Shown here in pieces: positions 40,669-49,845 of a stretch of 64,000 nucleotides of DNA. The position numbers were made by a program, and so were the translations under genes. The notes under the pieces are model-generated. The model saw only the letters and a program-made list of their open reading frames with translations. It did not search any database and was not told the DNA's origin. This DNA is from a virus, in the IMG/VR virus record IMGVR_UViG_3300026076_000001; one strand, written 5' to 3'. Each line of letters begins with the position of its first letter. Within the stretch, counting starts at the first letter, position 1.

Positions 40669-41397
40669 TTAGCGTGGTGATCTAGCACCATTACGAGCAC
40701 AATAGATCACAGTCCTACCAGTCCTAGGTTCTTTACCTAAGACTAGTCCCTCATTTATTAATCGACGATGGGAATGGAACTTATCATTATATATCTGCTC
40801 CAATACAGAATAGGTTGCAACATCGAACTCTAAGTTACCGCCTATCTTCTCACGAAATGGTTTAGAATATAATTTAACAGTACTTTTGGATGGATAGAAT
40901 GGTATCTTAATACCCAACATCCCATCCACAGCTAGTGCTTCTTCTATTGTCTTCCAATTGGTACCATTAATATCATTAAGAGTATCTAATACCTCTGTAG
41001 TTCCTATAAAATATGTTACCATCACAGCACGTGTTACCGCAAGAGCAACTTCTCTAGGTGCTGCTTGTATATTAATATAATAATCATCATCCTCTATCAC
41101 ATCTATAAAGACTTTATGATTAGGACTGATAGAAATACCAAGATGATCTGCTACTCTCTTTAAGTTACTACCATAATCTGGCTCATCATTTCTCCAATTA
41201 TCTGTGCGGTCACCAAAATACTGGTGAGTTACCTTATCACCACAGTATTTGTGTAAACAATTCTTCTGTCTGTTTATAAAATATAATTTACACCCGTAAG
41301 TATCAGGTTCATACTGTACGACAAAAAGATCTAACCCAGACGTAAGAGATTCTTTCTTAACGTTAGCTAGATCTAAACAATAATCAAGATTAAACAT
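40669..41397 (-). CDS. Hypothetical protein (242 aa)
   Basis: Long ORF filling the gap between gp26 and the tube initiator; no family confidently recognised. Confidence 0.7.
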   Translation of the reverse strand: MFNLDYCLDLANVKKESLTSGLDLFVVQYEPDTYGCKLYFINRQKNCLHKYCGDKVTHQYFGDRTDNWRNDEPDYGSNLKRVADHLGISISPNHKVFIDVIEDDDYYINIQAAPREVALAVTRAVMVTYFIGTTEVLDTLNDINGTNWKTIEEALAVDGMLGIKIPFYPSKSTVKLYSKPFREKIGGNLEFDVATYSVLEQIYNDKFHSHRRLINEGLVLGKEPRTGRTVIYCARNGARSPR

Positions 41398-41403
41398 AAA
41401 AAA

Positions 41404-41448
41404 CCTAAAGGGTCAAAAAATTTGCCGAGTTTTTTTTCCAGTTTTTTT
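41404..41448. repeat. A/T-tract intergenic repeat, copy 2
   Basis: cctaaagggtcaaaaaatttgccgagttttttttccagttttttt; differs from copy 1 in the core by one substitution and one extra T. Confidence 0.8.
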
Positions 41449-42217
41449 AAAACAGGTCAGTGAATGTGCTGGTAAAATCAGAAAATGCATCCTTAACATT
41501 GTCCATCGCACCAGCTAGAGAAGTAGGTGGTTTGTTTGAACTTGTTATATTATTACTCTTACTATTCAGGTTCTGTCTAGCATCCTCGTACTGTATCTCA
41601 AACTTCTCGTAGTAGAAGTTAACGGTAGCAGTCATAAGGGTAGTAGTACCTGCATCTAGAGGTACCGCATCAATTGAATACGGATAAGCGTGAGTAAAAA
41701 AGTAACGCATACTTCTACCTTGTTCATTATATCTTGGACCTGCTTCAAACTTGTCTACAATAATTGTTCTCATATAATCATCAGGATATGACATACGAGT
41801 GAAACGATTTCGATTACGTTGAGGGTAATGACTCATCTCATCTGGTATTCTCTCCTTCATATCAAACATACTCTTCTCTTGGAAGATCCTATCGAACCAA
41901 GAGTTCATAACCTTAAAGGCAGTCATATTTGCATCGCAAATAAAACTAAGACCTAAGTCACCATACATTTTCATTGTCGGATACTTCCAAGACGAACCTG
42001 TATAATATCCATTCACTTGTGATGTAGCAGCAGTTACACTAGGTAGCGTTGCATTGTTACAAAGAACCTCCAGTGTACTTCTATCGAAGTTAACTGGGAA
42101 GTCTGCATTAAAGATTCCTCCTGTTAGGTTAGGAAATACGACACGAAACTGGTTGGACTTTGCAATCCCACCACCACGTACTAGTTTCTCCTGAACCTTT
42201 GAATAAAGATTTGCCAT
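41447..42217 (-). CDS. gp19/gp54-family tail tube initiator
   Basis: GGGIAKSNQFRV.F...LC..ATLP......YGDLGLSF.CD...W...I...Y.DDY...I...AYP.SI..V.L.......TV.F.Y. Confidence 0.85.
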   Translation of the reverse strand: MANLYSKVQEKLVRGGGIAKSNQFRVVFPNLTGGIFNADFPVNFDRSTLEVLCNNATLPSVTAATSQVNGYYTGSSWKYPTMKMYGDLGLSFICDANMTAFKVMNSWFDRIFQEKSMFDMKERIPDEMSHYPQRNRNRFTRMSYPDDYMRTIIVDKFEAGPRYNEQGRSMRYFFTHAYPYSIDAVPLDAGTTTLMTATVNFYYEKFEIQYEDARQNLNSKSNNITSSNKPPTSLAGAMDNVKDAFSDFTSTFTDLF

Positions 42218-42249
42218 CTAAATAGGCTAAAGGAATACATCTTATTTAT
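42218..42249. promoter_or_regulatory. Pair of opposed late-promoter-like sites
   Basis: CTAAATA on + (42218-42224) upstream of gp4; ATAAATA on - (42249-42243) upstream of the 42217 ATG. Confidence 0.65.
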
Positions 42250-42688
42250 GTACAAGCAAGGAGTATATATTCCAGCGAACGTGGCCAAGTATAAAGGTGA
42301 CCATAGAAATATCTTCTATCGTTCCTCTTGGGAACAGAAATTTATGAAGTACTGTGATACACACCCACACATATTAGAGTGGGGAAGTGAGGAGATATGG
42401 ATACCGTACAAGAATCCTTTAACACGTAGGGCTAGTAAGTACTACCCCGACTTCTATATAAAAGTAAGGGATAAAGATGGTAGGTTAAAGAAATATATTA
42501 TTGAAATCAAACCAGTCAAACAAACTAAACCACCAATCAAATCCAAAAAGTCTAACAAACAATACCTCTATGAAGCAAACACATACGCTAAGAACCAAGC
42601 GAAGTGGGATGCAGCTAGGAAGTATTGTAAAAAAAGACAAGCAGAATTTTTAGTCTTCACAGAAAAAGAACTTGGACTCCGTTTTTGA
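42248..42688 (+). CDS. gp4: Head completion nuclease gp4
   Basis: KYKGD...I.YRSSWE..FM.YCD....I.EWGSEEI.IPY......Y.PDF...IEIKP..QT..P...N.AKW.AA..YC. Confidence 0.93.
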   Translation: MYKQGVYIPANVAKYKGDHRNIFYRSSWEQKFMKYCDTHPHILEWGSEEIWIPYKNPLTRRASKYYPDFYIKVRDKDGRLKKYIIEIKPVKQTKPPIKSKKSNKQYLYEANTYAKNQAKWDAARKYCKKRQAEFLVFTEKELGLRF

Positions 42689-43265
42689 AAAACTAGAAGA
42701 AGCACAAGATGGTCAAGAGAGATCAGAATCTTGGTGGACTAAGGCAGCCTCCGTAGCATTGCGTTCTACTTATTCAGACACAACCAAAGATCAGATCATT
42801 GCTAGAGAGCAATCAAATACTGACGATGCTAATGGTGTCAGGTACACACCACGAGTAGGTACTATGGTACTGTTTGAATACGATGCCAAAGCAACTAAAC
42901 AATACCTACCTTTCTACGATCAACTACCAGTAGGTATAGTGTTAAGTAAAAAACAAGACCATTTTTATATGGCTAACCTACATTATGTCAGTCCCAAGAA
43001 GAGATTGAAAACAATTGATGCTCTTTTAAAGGGTAAGATAGATGTACCCAGAAAAGTTATCCATAAATACAAGCGTAAAGATGTGACAGGTGGTCTATTC
43101 ATAGAAATTGCTGAGACAGACTGGGATTCCGCAATCTATATGCCAATAGAAAGATTTGTTAAGTCAAGAGGAAATTTAGAAACTCCTTACCCATCTAAGT
43201 CTGTCTGGTTAAAGAATGATCCTGCGACAAAATTTAGGTTCCGTGCCAAACGTAAGATTCAATGA
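42672..43265 (+). CDS. gp2: DNA end protector gp2
   Basis: G.M.LFEYDAK...LPFYD..P.......F...NLHY..P..R; TTG start is uncertain. Confidence 0.85.
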   Translation: MDSVFEKLEEAQDGQERSESWWTKAASVALRSTYSDTTKDQIIAREQSNTDDANGVRYTPRVGTMVLFEYDAKATKQYLPFYDQLPVGIVLSKKQDHFYMANLHYVSPKKRLKTIDALLKGKIDVPRKVIHKYKRKDVTGGLFIEIAETDWDSAIYMPIERFVKSRGNLETPYPSKSVWLKNDPATKFRFRAKRKIQ

Positions 43266-44176
43266 ACATAGCTGAAATATTATCATCAAGTAACGCATCG
43301 TTAAGGTTTCCACTTGACAAAGTAGAGACTGCGGATGATTATATGATGTTTAGTGTCTACAAATACAGTCCTCCATTTAGGAAGGCAAAGTGTTTAGGAG
43401 ATACTAGTGGTAATAATTATGGTGGCATCTTCTCTGAGTATGATATAACTGGACTAGGTGCTGGTGAATTTGATTCTGGTAGTTACAAGAAGATGGTACT
43501 CTATATGCCAGAAGATATTGCACAAGATGCAACTAGATCTTGGAACGAAGCATCTTTTGGTCCCCTTCAATTAGCTGGATTGAGAGCAGCAGGTACAGTA
43601 ATTGGTCAAGATGGTGATTTCTGGACAAAGATTAAAGAGGCTGCAGGAGATGCTATGGATCCACAAAATCTTGATGCATTAATACGAGGTGCAGCAGCAA
43701 AAGCAGGAGAAACTATTTCAGGAGTTAATCAGAATCAGATTACTGGTGGTTTGATAGGTCAGGTACTTAACCCTAACCTAGAAGTAATGTTTGATAGAGT
43801 AGGACTAAGAACATTCAACTTCAGATGGATGTTAGTACCTAGAAACGAAAGAGAATCAAGGATCATTAAAGAAATGATCTGGCAGTTTAAGAAAGCATCA
43901 GCACCAGCACTAGCTCAAGCAGGATGGTTTACCACAGTACCACACGTTTTTAGGATACAATATAAAACTGGTAGTCAAGCCAACCCTTGGTTAAATAAAA
44001 TAAAAGCGTGTGCTCTCACCAGTATTCAAGTTAATCATACTGCTTCTGGTTCTTGGTCAACACTAGAAGACGGTGCTCCTACAGCCACCGCTTTACAGTT
44101 ACAGTTCAAAGAACTTAAAGCAATTATGAGTGAAGACTATGGTGATTCATTCAACTACACAGAACAGTATTACTAA
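43262..44176 (+). CDS. gp48: Baseplate tail tube cap gp48
   Basis: LYMP.DI......W...G...NPN.E.MF..V.LR.F.F.W.LVPRN..E...I..MI..FKK...P...C.LT.I.V.......P....L.LQF.E. Confidence 0.9.
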   Translation: MNIAEILSSSNASLRFPLDKVETADDYMMFSVYKYSPPFRKAKCLGDTSGNNYGGIFSEYDITGLGAGEFDSGSYKKMVLYMPEDIAQDATRSWNEASFGPLQLAGLRAAGTVIGQDGDFWTKIKEAAGDAMDPQNLDALIRGAAAKAGETISGVNQNQITGGLIGQVLNPNLEVMFDRVGLRTFNFRWMLVPRNERESRIIKEMIWQFKKASAPALAQAGWFTTVPHVFRIQYKTGSQANPWLNKIKACALTSIQVNHTASGSWSTLEDGAPTATALQLQFKELKAIMSEDYGDSFNYTEQYY

Positions 44177-46242
44177 TGGCATACTTCGAGAAGCTACCTA
44201 ATATATCTCTTGCTATTAGACCTATTAAGTTCCCGTGGTCTGAGCAACAGTATGTTACAGCAAAAAATATATTCAGACGGTTTAAGATATCTGATGCAGC
44301 ATTAGATAGTCTAGTATACTATAAAAAATATACTATAACAGATGCTGACCGTCCAGATCTAATCTCCCAAAAAATCTACGGGAGTTCTTCTTATGACTGG
44401 GTTATCTTACTATCAAATAATGTAATCAATCCATACTTCGACTGGCCAATGCCTACTCCTGTGCTACAGGATTATATCAATAAGAAATATGATGCACCAT
44501 TTGACATCAAACATTACGAAACTAATGAAGTAAAGAACACTGCTGGTGATGTAGTACTACCAGCTGGTCAATTAGTTGGTGAAGACTTTTATAAAGCACC
44601 ATACTGGACAGAATATGAGGAGGATATGGATGGTGACGCACCCAAACCTGAGAGTGCTATTGAAGTAGAGATACAAAGGAAACTAGTAGTAGAAGAAGTT
44701 ACTGTATTAAATGGTGGTAAAGGATATGAATTCCCTCCCAACCTACTAGTAGAAAGTCCACAAACAAGTAACGGTGACTTCCCAACAGTAAGTGCAACTG
44801 TTACACCAGTAATGAGTGCAACAGGATACCTTAAGAGATTTGATATTCAAAGTGGTGGAGAAGCATACACATACCCTCCCGATGTAACACTAACTGGTGG
44901 TATGGCAGGTGAATCTGCTACAGCTATCATTGACAAAGATACAAACTCAATGACATATGGTCAGGTCATAGACATACGTCTTGATGGTACATCTTACGAC
45001 ACAACGGACGCATCTAACATCCACGAGTTCGGTGATGGTGCAACTATTGCACCTAATGGTACTGGTCAAGGTGCGTGGGGTGGTTTTAATGTGGGCAGCA
45101 CACACTTAAGATTAGGTGATAGTTGGGGTGAAAGAAGTGTGGTCATCAACAAAGTTGATATGACTAACTACAATACTGTTCGGGTGTATGCTATCCGTGG
45201 TAATGGTAGTAATGGTGGTGAAACACCAGACATTCCAGGTGTAGAAGAACTTCGTTTAAGATATCAGATCACAACTGATACAGATCCAGATCACAGTGCT
45301 TGGATTACATTGGGTATTGTTATTGAAGCTGTTCCTAACGGTACAGGTTCAGGCAACCTAGAACCATACGACTTTGAGATACCTGAGAACCTTAAGGTTC
45401 CTAATGTATTCTTCCAGTTGTATCAACCAGGAAATAGTGGTCCTCCTTACGATCACTTTGGTTTCACAAGTATTAACTTCGTTGATACCTCAAAAGTATA
45501 TGGTGCTAGTGGTATTACCTTTACTAATAATGTAAATGATACTACTGGTGGTGGTGCAGTAGCTACTGTAGTACGTGGTCTTAGTATCGACTCTGTTACT
45601 GTTAATAATCAGGGATCGTACGGGTCTATTAGGTATCTTTCTATGGCAGGTCAAAATGGTACCACAGATACGCCAGATATACACGCAACTTTTAGCATAC
45701 CAGTAGTCGAAAGTAGTACCACTTTTGCAGTAGGTGAAGCAGTAACGTTCACTAATGGAGCAGCAGGAGAAGTAACTAGCTACAACGGTACCACTATGGG
45801 TATCAGATTAACTGCTTGGGATGGCAACAATCCAGTGACAAATGATATGTTATTGACTGGATTTGATACTAGTGCTCAAGCTACAGTTACTAACTTCAAT
45901 GCTTCTACATTCACAGAACCAACGTGGATGGATAAAGATGGTAATAAGTTCAGATATAAACTAACAAGACTGATGACAGGTACATCAGGTTGGGAAAAAT
46001 TAATTAGAGATAGCTTTAGATACAGAGATCCAACTGGATCACTAGTCACACTTCAAGGTGCATCAATAGTAGATGCTGTCACTCACCACGAGTGGGAGAC
46101 AAGAGAGAATGATAAGAGAAGAAATATATACATCTTACGTACAAGATACCTACGTGAATTCATCGAGGAGATGAAGTTGCAACTCCCATACAAAAAATCT
46201 ACTGACACTATCAGTATGACACTGAAGAAATCAGCAGTATAA
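44176..46242 (+). CDS. gp53: Baseplate wedge gp53 with a large internal insertion
   Basis: N-terminal RPD.IS..IYG...Y.WVILL.N.VI.PY.DWP and C-terminal VT.HEWE...N.KRR.I.IL...Y...F.EE, separated by about 480 extra residues. Confidence 0.85.
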   Translation: MAYFEKLPNISLAIRPIKFPWSEQQYVTAKNIFRRFKISDAALDSLVYYKKYTITDADRPDLISQKIYGSSSYDWVILLSNNVINPYFDWPMPTPVLQDYINKKYDAPFDIKHYETNEVKNTAGDVVLPAGQLVGEDFYKAPYWTEYEEDMDGDAPKPESAIEVEIQRKLVVEEVTVLNGGKGYEFPPNLLVESPQTSNGDFPTVSATVTPVMSATGYLKRFDIQSGGEAYTYPPDVTLTGGMAGESATAIIDKDTNSMTYGQVIDIRLDGTSYDTTDASNIHEFGDGATIAPNGTGQGAWGGFNVGSTHLRLGDSWGERSVVINKVDMTNYNTVRVYAIRGNGSNGGETPDIPGVEELRLRYQITTDTDPDHSAWITLGIVIEAVPNGTGSGNLEPYDFEIPENLKVPNVFFQLYQPGNSGPPYDHFGFTSINFVDTSKVYGASGITFTNNVNDTTGGGAVATVVRGLSIDSVTVNNQGSYGSIRYLSMAGQNGTTDTPDIHATFSIPVVESSTTFAVGEAVTFTNGAAGEVTSYNGTTMGIRLTAWDGNNPVTNDMLLTGFDTSAQATVTNFNASTFTEPTWMDKDGNKFRYKLTRLMTGTSGWEKLIRDSFRYRDPTGSLVTLQGASIVDAVTHHEWETRENDKRRNIYILRTRYLREFIEEMKLQLPYKKSTDTISMTLKKSAV

Positions 46243-46247
46243 AAAAC

Positions 46248-46287
46248 CTTAAGGGCAAAAAAATACCCCGAATTTTTTTCGGGGTAT
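46248..46287 (-). terminator. Intrinsic terminator for gp32 between convergent genes; related to the A/T-tract repeat
   Basis: Perfect 10-bp stem ATACCCCGAA/TTCGGGGTAT (46263-46287) with an A-tract on the left; preceded by cttaagggcaaaaaaa. Confidence 0.8.
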
Positions 46288-46307
46288 CGTGTAATATGTA
46301 AACTAAT

Positions 46308-47186
46308 TTACTCTTCTTCTGCTAGTCGAGCAAAGTATGACAGTTGATCGTCATCATCTGCGACTGCTTTACTTGCTGGAGTAGGGGTCGCTGCTGCAAC
46401 TGCTGCAACAGGTTCATACTCTTCATCATCTACTGTTGGTACAGCAGCACGTTTGTTAGTGCCGAGTACTTCATTCAACCTAGTCTGCAACTCTTCATAT
46501 GTTTTGAACTGGTCTTCATTAGTGAAGGCAGTTAACGAATTTTCTTCCTTCCAGATGGCTTCAAGTTTAGCGTCATCTGAATCAAGAGCACTAACAGAAT
46601 CAAACTCAGACTTGTCATAATTCCAGAACCCCGCTACCTTACAAATTTTTAGCTTGAAGTTAGCACCTTCCCATAGATCAAAAGGATTGATAGGAGTTTC
46701 ATCCTCAAACTCAGGCTGCATTGCAGCAGTGATCTTATCATAGATCTTCTTACCAAATTTGTATAGAAATACCTTACCCTCATTCTCAGGGTGTGCTGGA
46801 TCACGTACGACATAGATGTTAGTGTAGTAAGAAAGCTTACGCTTCTGCTTACGTGCTATGTCCTTATCAGAATCAATACCAGAGTTCCACAACTTGCGGT
46901 TGACTTCACCTACTGGATCCTTCTTGTTCACTGTGGTCAAGGAGTTCTCGATGTACCATCCTCCTGGACCTTGAAATGCGTGGGAGTATACCTTTGCCCA
47001 CGGTAGATCTTCCTTGTCAGGTGCTGGAAGGAAACGAATGACTGCGTAACCGTTACCAGACTTATCGAGTTCTGGTTTCCAGAATCTCTCGTCTGCACCT
47101 GGACCTTGCTTATTTAATTTCTCTGCTTCTTGAACTAACTTTTCAAGTGATGTACTTGAACGCTTTTTGAGTGTCGAAAATGACAT
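46308..47186 (-). CDS. gp32: Single-stranded DNA-binding protein gp32
   Basis: DERFWKPELDKSGNGYAVIRFLPA...W...YSHAFQGPGGWYIENSLTT...KRKLSYY.NIYVV.DP; acidic tail. Confidence 0.97.
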   Translation of the reverse strand: MSFSTLKKRSSTSLEKLVQEAEKLNKQGPGADERFWKPELDKSGNGYAVIRFLPAPDKEDLPWAKVYSHAFQGPGGWYIENSLTTVNKKDPVGEVNRKLWNSGIDSDKDIARKQKRKLSYYTNIYVVRDPAHPENEGKVFLYKFGKKIYDKITAAMQPEFEDETPINPFDLWEGANFKLKICKVAGFWNYDKSEFDSVSALDSDDAKLEAIWKEENSLTAFTNEDQFKTYEELQTRLNEVLGTNKRAAVPTVDDEEYEPVAAVAAATPTPASKAVADDDDQLSYFARLAEEE

Positions 47187-47219
47187 TAGATTACCTCAGA
47201 TTGATTAGGATTTGGTTAA

Positions 47220-47248
47220 AGGGAGGACAAGTCCTCCCTATTATTTAG
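47220..47248 (-). terminator. Hairpin in the gp32 leader, preceded by a late-promoter-like CTAAATA
   Basis: AGGGAGGAC-TT-GTCCTCCCT then TT; CTAAATA at 47248-47242. Confidence 0.5.
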
Positions 47249-47249
47249 G

Positions 47250-48335
47250 CTAATTGAAGTGCCTATTTTTCACATAGATGAGACTATTTTCTAGTTCATC
47301 TTTCTCATTCTCAGTGTCCTGTGCAGGACATCTGTGCTGTGCCTCAGGGTGATTCCAAGGGAAGTTCTTCCGATGTAGTTCACCTAGTCCAGACAGATCC
47401 ATAAGTCTCTGCTCTAGACTTGCAACGTGATTCTCAAAGAACTTAAAGCGTTTAGTTGCTAAGGTTTCTTTGGACTGAGGGATTGGTACACTAAAGATAA
47501 AGTGTATTGGTTTGCCCTCCTTCACTGCGAGTGAAGCAAGACTCATTATAGCACCAATACGTGACTCAAAGTGATTAACCTGAATGTAGATGGTGAATTC
47601 ATCATCATTGTTCAGGAAGTCCTCGATCCAAGGGTCTTTACCCTTGAGAGTTTCCAAATAAGGTTCGATGAGATCCTTATTATAAGAGCGATAGCGTTCA
47701 CCGCCAACGATCTTGTTATTATATCGTAGCTGAGTCTGAATAGACTGCCAGATATCTCTCTGCACGTGGTAGCGTAGGTGATGACCTAAGTCCTTCACCT
47801 CATCAATGATCTGACTATCTGTTAGTCCTTCAACACGCTTCAAGATTTCAATCGCAGCAGACTTTACATCGTCTTTAGATGAGTTGGTGTGCGTGATCTC
47901 GTCACGATTGTTAGACTTAACAGCAAAGCGGATCTTTGCTTCGGGAGAATCAAACTTAACTCCTTGCATCATCCAACCAGGAATCTGCAAAGTATAAGAG
48001 AGGTTTCTCCTGTGTTCACCGTTGCACGATGAGTCATCGTCAACGTCGTAGTATACGATGGAACCAATCTTAGGATTGACTCCTTCATTCTCGATTACTT
48101 TTTGAAGTTCGAGAACATTACTTGCACTGAATTTGTATCGACCTGGATTCTTGAAAGTGTCTGGAGTATCACTCCATAGCCTCATTTGAGGATCACCAAC
48201 AAGAGTAACACCCTCTACACCATAAGTGGAGGGGATGTATTCCCAGTTGCGAGGATCACAGTGCTCAGGTCTCCAGTGTGCACACAGAAAGTCTGCGTCA
48301 CTTACTGGGATACCCAGGTTTTGTGATATTGTCAT
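47250..48335 (-). CDS. Hypothetical protein, possible ParB/Srx-like N-terminal domain
   Basis: LQKVIENEGV...IVY......NGEHRR resembles the ParB L..SI..G...P.V...DG.HR motif. Confidence 0.55.
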   Translation of the reverse strand: MTISQNLGIPVSDADFLCAHWRPEHCDPRNWEYIPSTYGVEGVTLVGDPQMRLWSDTPDTFKNPGRYKFSASNVLELQKVIENEGVNPKIGSIVYYDVDDDSSCNGEHRRNLSYTLQIPGWMMQGVKFDSPEAKIRFAVKSNNRDEITHTNSSKDDVKSAAIEILKRVEGLTDSQIIDEVKDLGHHLRYHVQRDIWQSIQTQLRYNNKIVGGERYRSYNKDLIEPYLETLKGKDPWIEDFLNNDDEFTIYIQVNHFESRIGAIMSLASLAVKEGKPIHFIFSVPIPQSKETLATKRFKFFENHVASLEQRLMDLSGLGELHRKNFPWNHPEAQHRCPAQDTENEKDELENSLIYVKNRHFN

Positions 48336-48365
48336 AGGTAATTAACTTATACCGTAAAAGACCTA

Positions 48366-48581
48366 TTAATTATAAGGGTAATCTCCTAGATTGTCAAGCA
48401 TTTGTTTACGGATTTCCCACGTCTGTCCTGAAGTGCTACCAAGACAGGGGTTGATACACTCCATATCAAAGTGAGTATTGCATACCAAACCTGCTAGGTC
48501 GTGTGGGTCACCGAGTTTACCAGTCTTCCAATAGTGTTGTCCATCTATCCACGTTGCACCACACTTATTACATACCTTCAT
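48366..48581 (-). CDS. Cys-rich conserved cyanophage/cyanobacterial hypothetical protein
   Basis: C..CGATW.DGQHYW.TG..G...DLAGLVCN.....CINP..G...G.TWE.R. Confidence 0.75.
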   Translation of the reverse strand: MKVCNKCGATWIDGQHYWKTGKLGDPHDLAGLVCNTHFDMECINPCLGSTSGQTWEIRKQMLDNLGDYPYN

Positions 48582-48919
48582 TACATCTCCGCTACCGTCT
48601 TCTTCAATGCTACGATCATTGTATCAATATTATTAAACACCTCAGACACACTAACAGTATCAGGTATACCAACAGCGTTCATAACCTTACGAACATCAGT
48701 AGCCATCTGTTTAGCAACAGGGTCATCACTCTTACACAATTCTACACGTGCCCAGAGAACTCTCTGTTTCTTTAGTAGTGTCTCTACTATTTCAATGTAC
48801 TCTTGTTTCTCCTCTTCGTCAAGTTCTGGAAATGCCATCGTCATTTGTGCTAGACGATCTTGCAATCCATTAATGTATTTAATCTCTTGTTGTACAAATT
48901 CAGAATCTTGGAATCCCAT
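48581..48919 (-). CDS. DUF1825-family protein
   Basis: F.DSE.VQQE...I..LQ.......F..L..E....YIE....LL.KQ.V.W.R..L..SDDP.A..M. Confidence 0.8.
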   Translation of the reverse strand: MGFQDSEFVQQEIKYINGLQDRLAQMTMAFPELDEEEKQEYIEIVETLLKKQRVLWARVELCKSDDPVAKQMATDVRKVMNAVGIPDTVSVSEVFNNIDTMIVALKKTVAEM

Positions 48920-48920
48920 C

Positions 48921-49175
48921 TTAGAATGTCAGTTTAGCACGAGAGGTTCTTTTCATAAAGTTCAGACGCTGTGCATCGAACTTAAGTTTTTCCTTTAATG
49001 GTTTGGAAATTAGTTTGTTAATAGTATCTAGCTCGATACTATTCTGTTCGCAGAAATGTACAATGGCATCGATATAATTCATATCATTGTTATCTGCAAC
49101 CAGTTTTTCAATTTCACCAGCAAATTTTGTAGCAGTCATAAATTTATTCTCAATGTCTTCAGGTGGCTGTGGCAT
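48921..49175 (-). CDS. gp33: Late transcription co-activator gp33
   Basis: F..EIE.LV......YIDAIV.FCE.N.IE......LISKPLKEKLK.DA..LNF.K. Confidence 0.92.
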   Translation of the reverse strand: MPQPPEDIENKFMTATKFAGEIEKLVADNNDMNYIDAIVHFCEQNSIELDTINKLISKPLKEKLKFDAQRLNFMKRTSRAKLTF

Positions 49176-49845
49176 AACTCATTCCATATTCTTCAATGGC
49201 CGCTTTAAGATTATGATAATGAGTTCTCTTGTCAGAAGTTTTAACTAACTGACACTCACCATCTTCGCAAGCAACAAGAACAGCAAACTGTTCTACCTCG
49301 ATACCATATATTTCATAGAACATATAGCCATAAGCACACATCTGAGTGAAATATCCATCCAAAATGTATTGTTTCTTAGGTGACTTTGATGTCTTGAAAT
49401 CAATGACGGATAGTACTCCATCAAGTTCAGCAATAATGTCAACCTGACCTGCGATCTTTAAAGTGTGAGACCATAACATAGACTCGACTAGTCTAGGTCT
49501 ATCTATTCTATCTATAACAGACTGTGAAGTGCGAAACATCTGTACAGGTAGAGGAGAATCTTTATGTTTCTCAAGATCCAACCTGTTCATAATATAATCT
49601 TCACAGATAGCGTGAAAGTTGGTACCTCTGGTAGTAGATCGCTTAGTTACACGGTCTGCTTCCTCTTTACCAACTCTCTTACGCCACCTGTTAATGATAG
49701 CTTTCTTTTTCTTTTGATTAGATAGTACTGTAGTGACTGAAGGATAATGTTCATCCTCCACAGCGTAAAGGCGTTTGCCTTCCACCATTTGTCTCTTTAA
49801 GTTTACCGATTCAATTAGTTCAGAATGATCAAATGTTTTCATCAT
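49159..49845 (-). CDS. PD-(D/E)XK (Cas4-like) exonuclease
   Basis: YPSVTTVL...W...VG...A.......RGT.FH...E...IAGQVDIIAE..G.LSVIDFKTS. Confidence 0.9.
   Translation of the reverse strand: MMKTFDHSELIESVNLKRQMVEGKRLYAVEDEHYPSVTTVLSNQKKKKAIINRWRKRVGKEEADRVTKRSTTRGTNFHAICEDYIMNRLDLEKHKDSPLPVQMFRTSQSVIDRIDRPRLVESMLWSHTLKIAGQVDIIAELDGVLSVIDFKTSKSPKKQYILDGYFTQMCAYGYMFYEIYGIEVEQFAVLVACEDGECQLVKTSDKRTHYHNLKAAIEEYGMSYATAT

Noticed and set aside
49159-49845. Cas4-like nuclease as evidence of a CRISPR system
   Set aside because: This is a standard T4-like cyanophage exonuclease next to phoH. No repeat-spacer array or other cas gene was found by eye.
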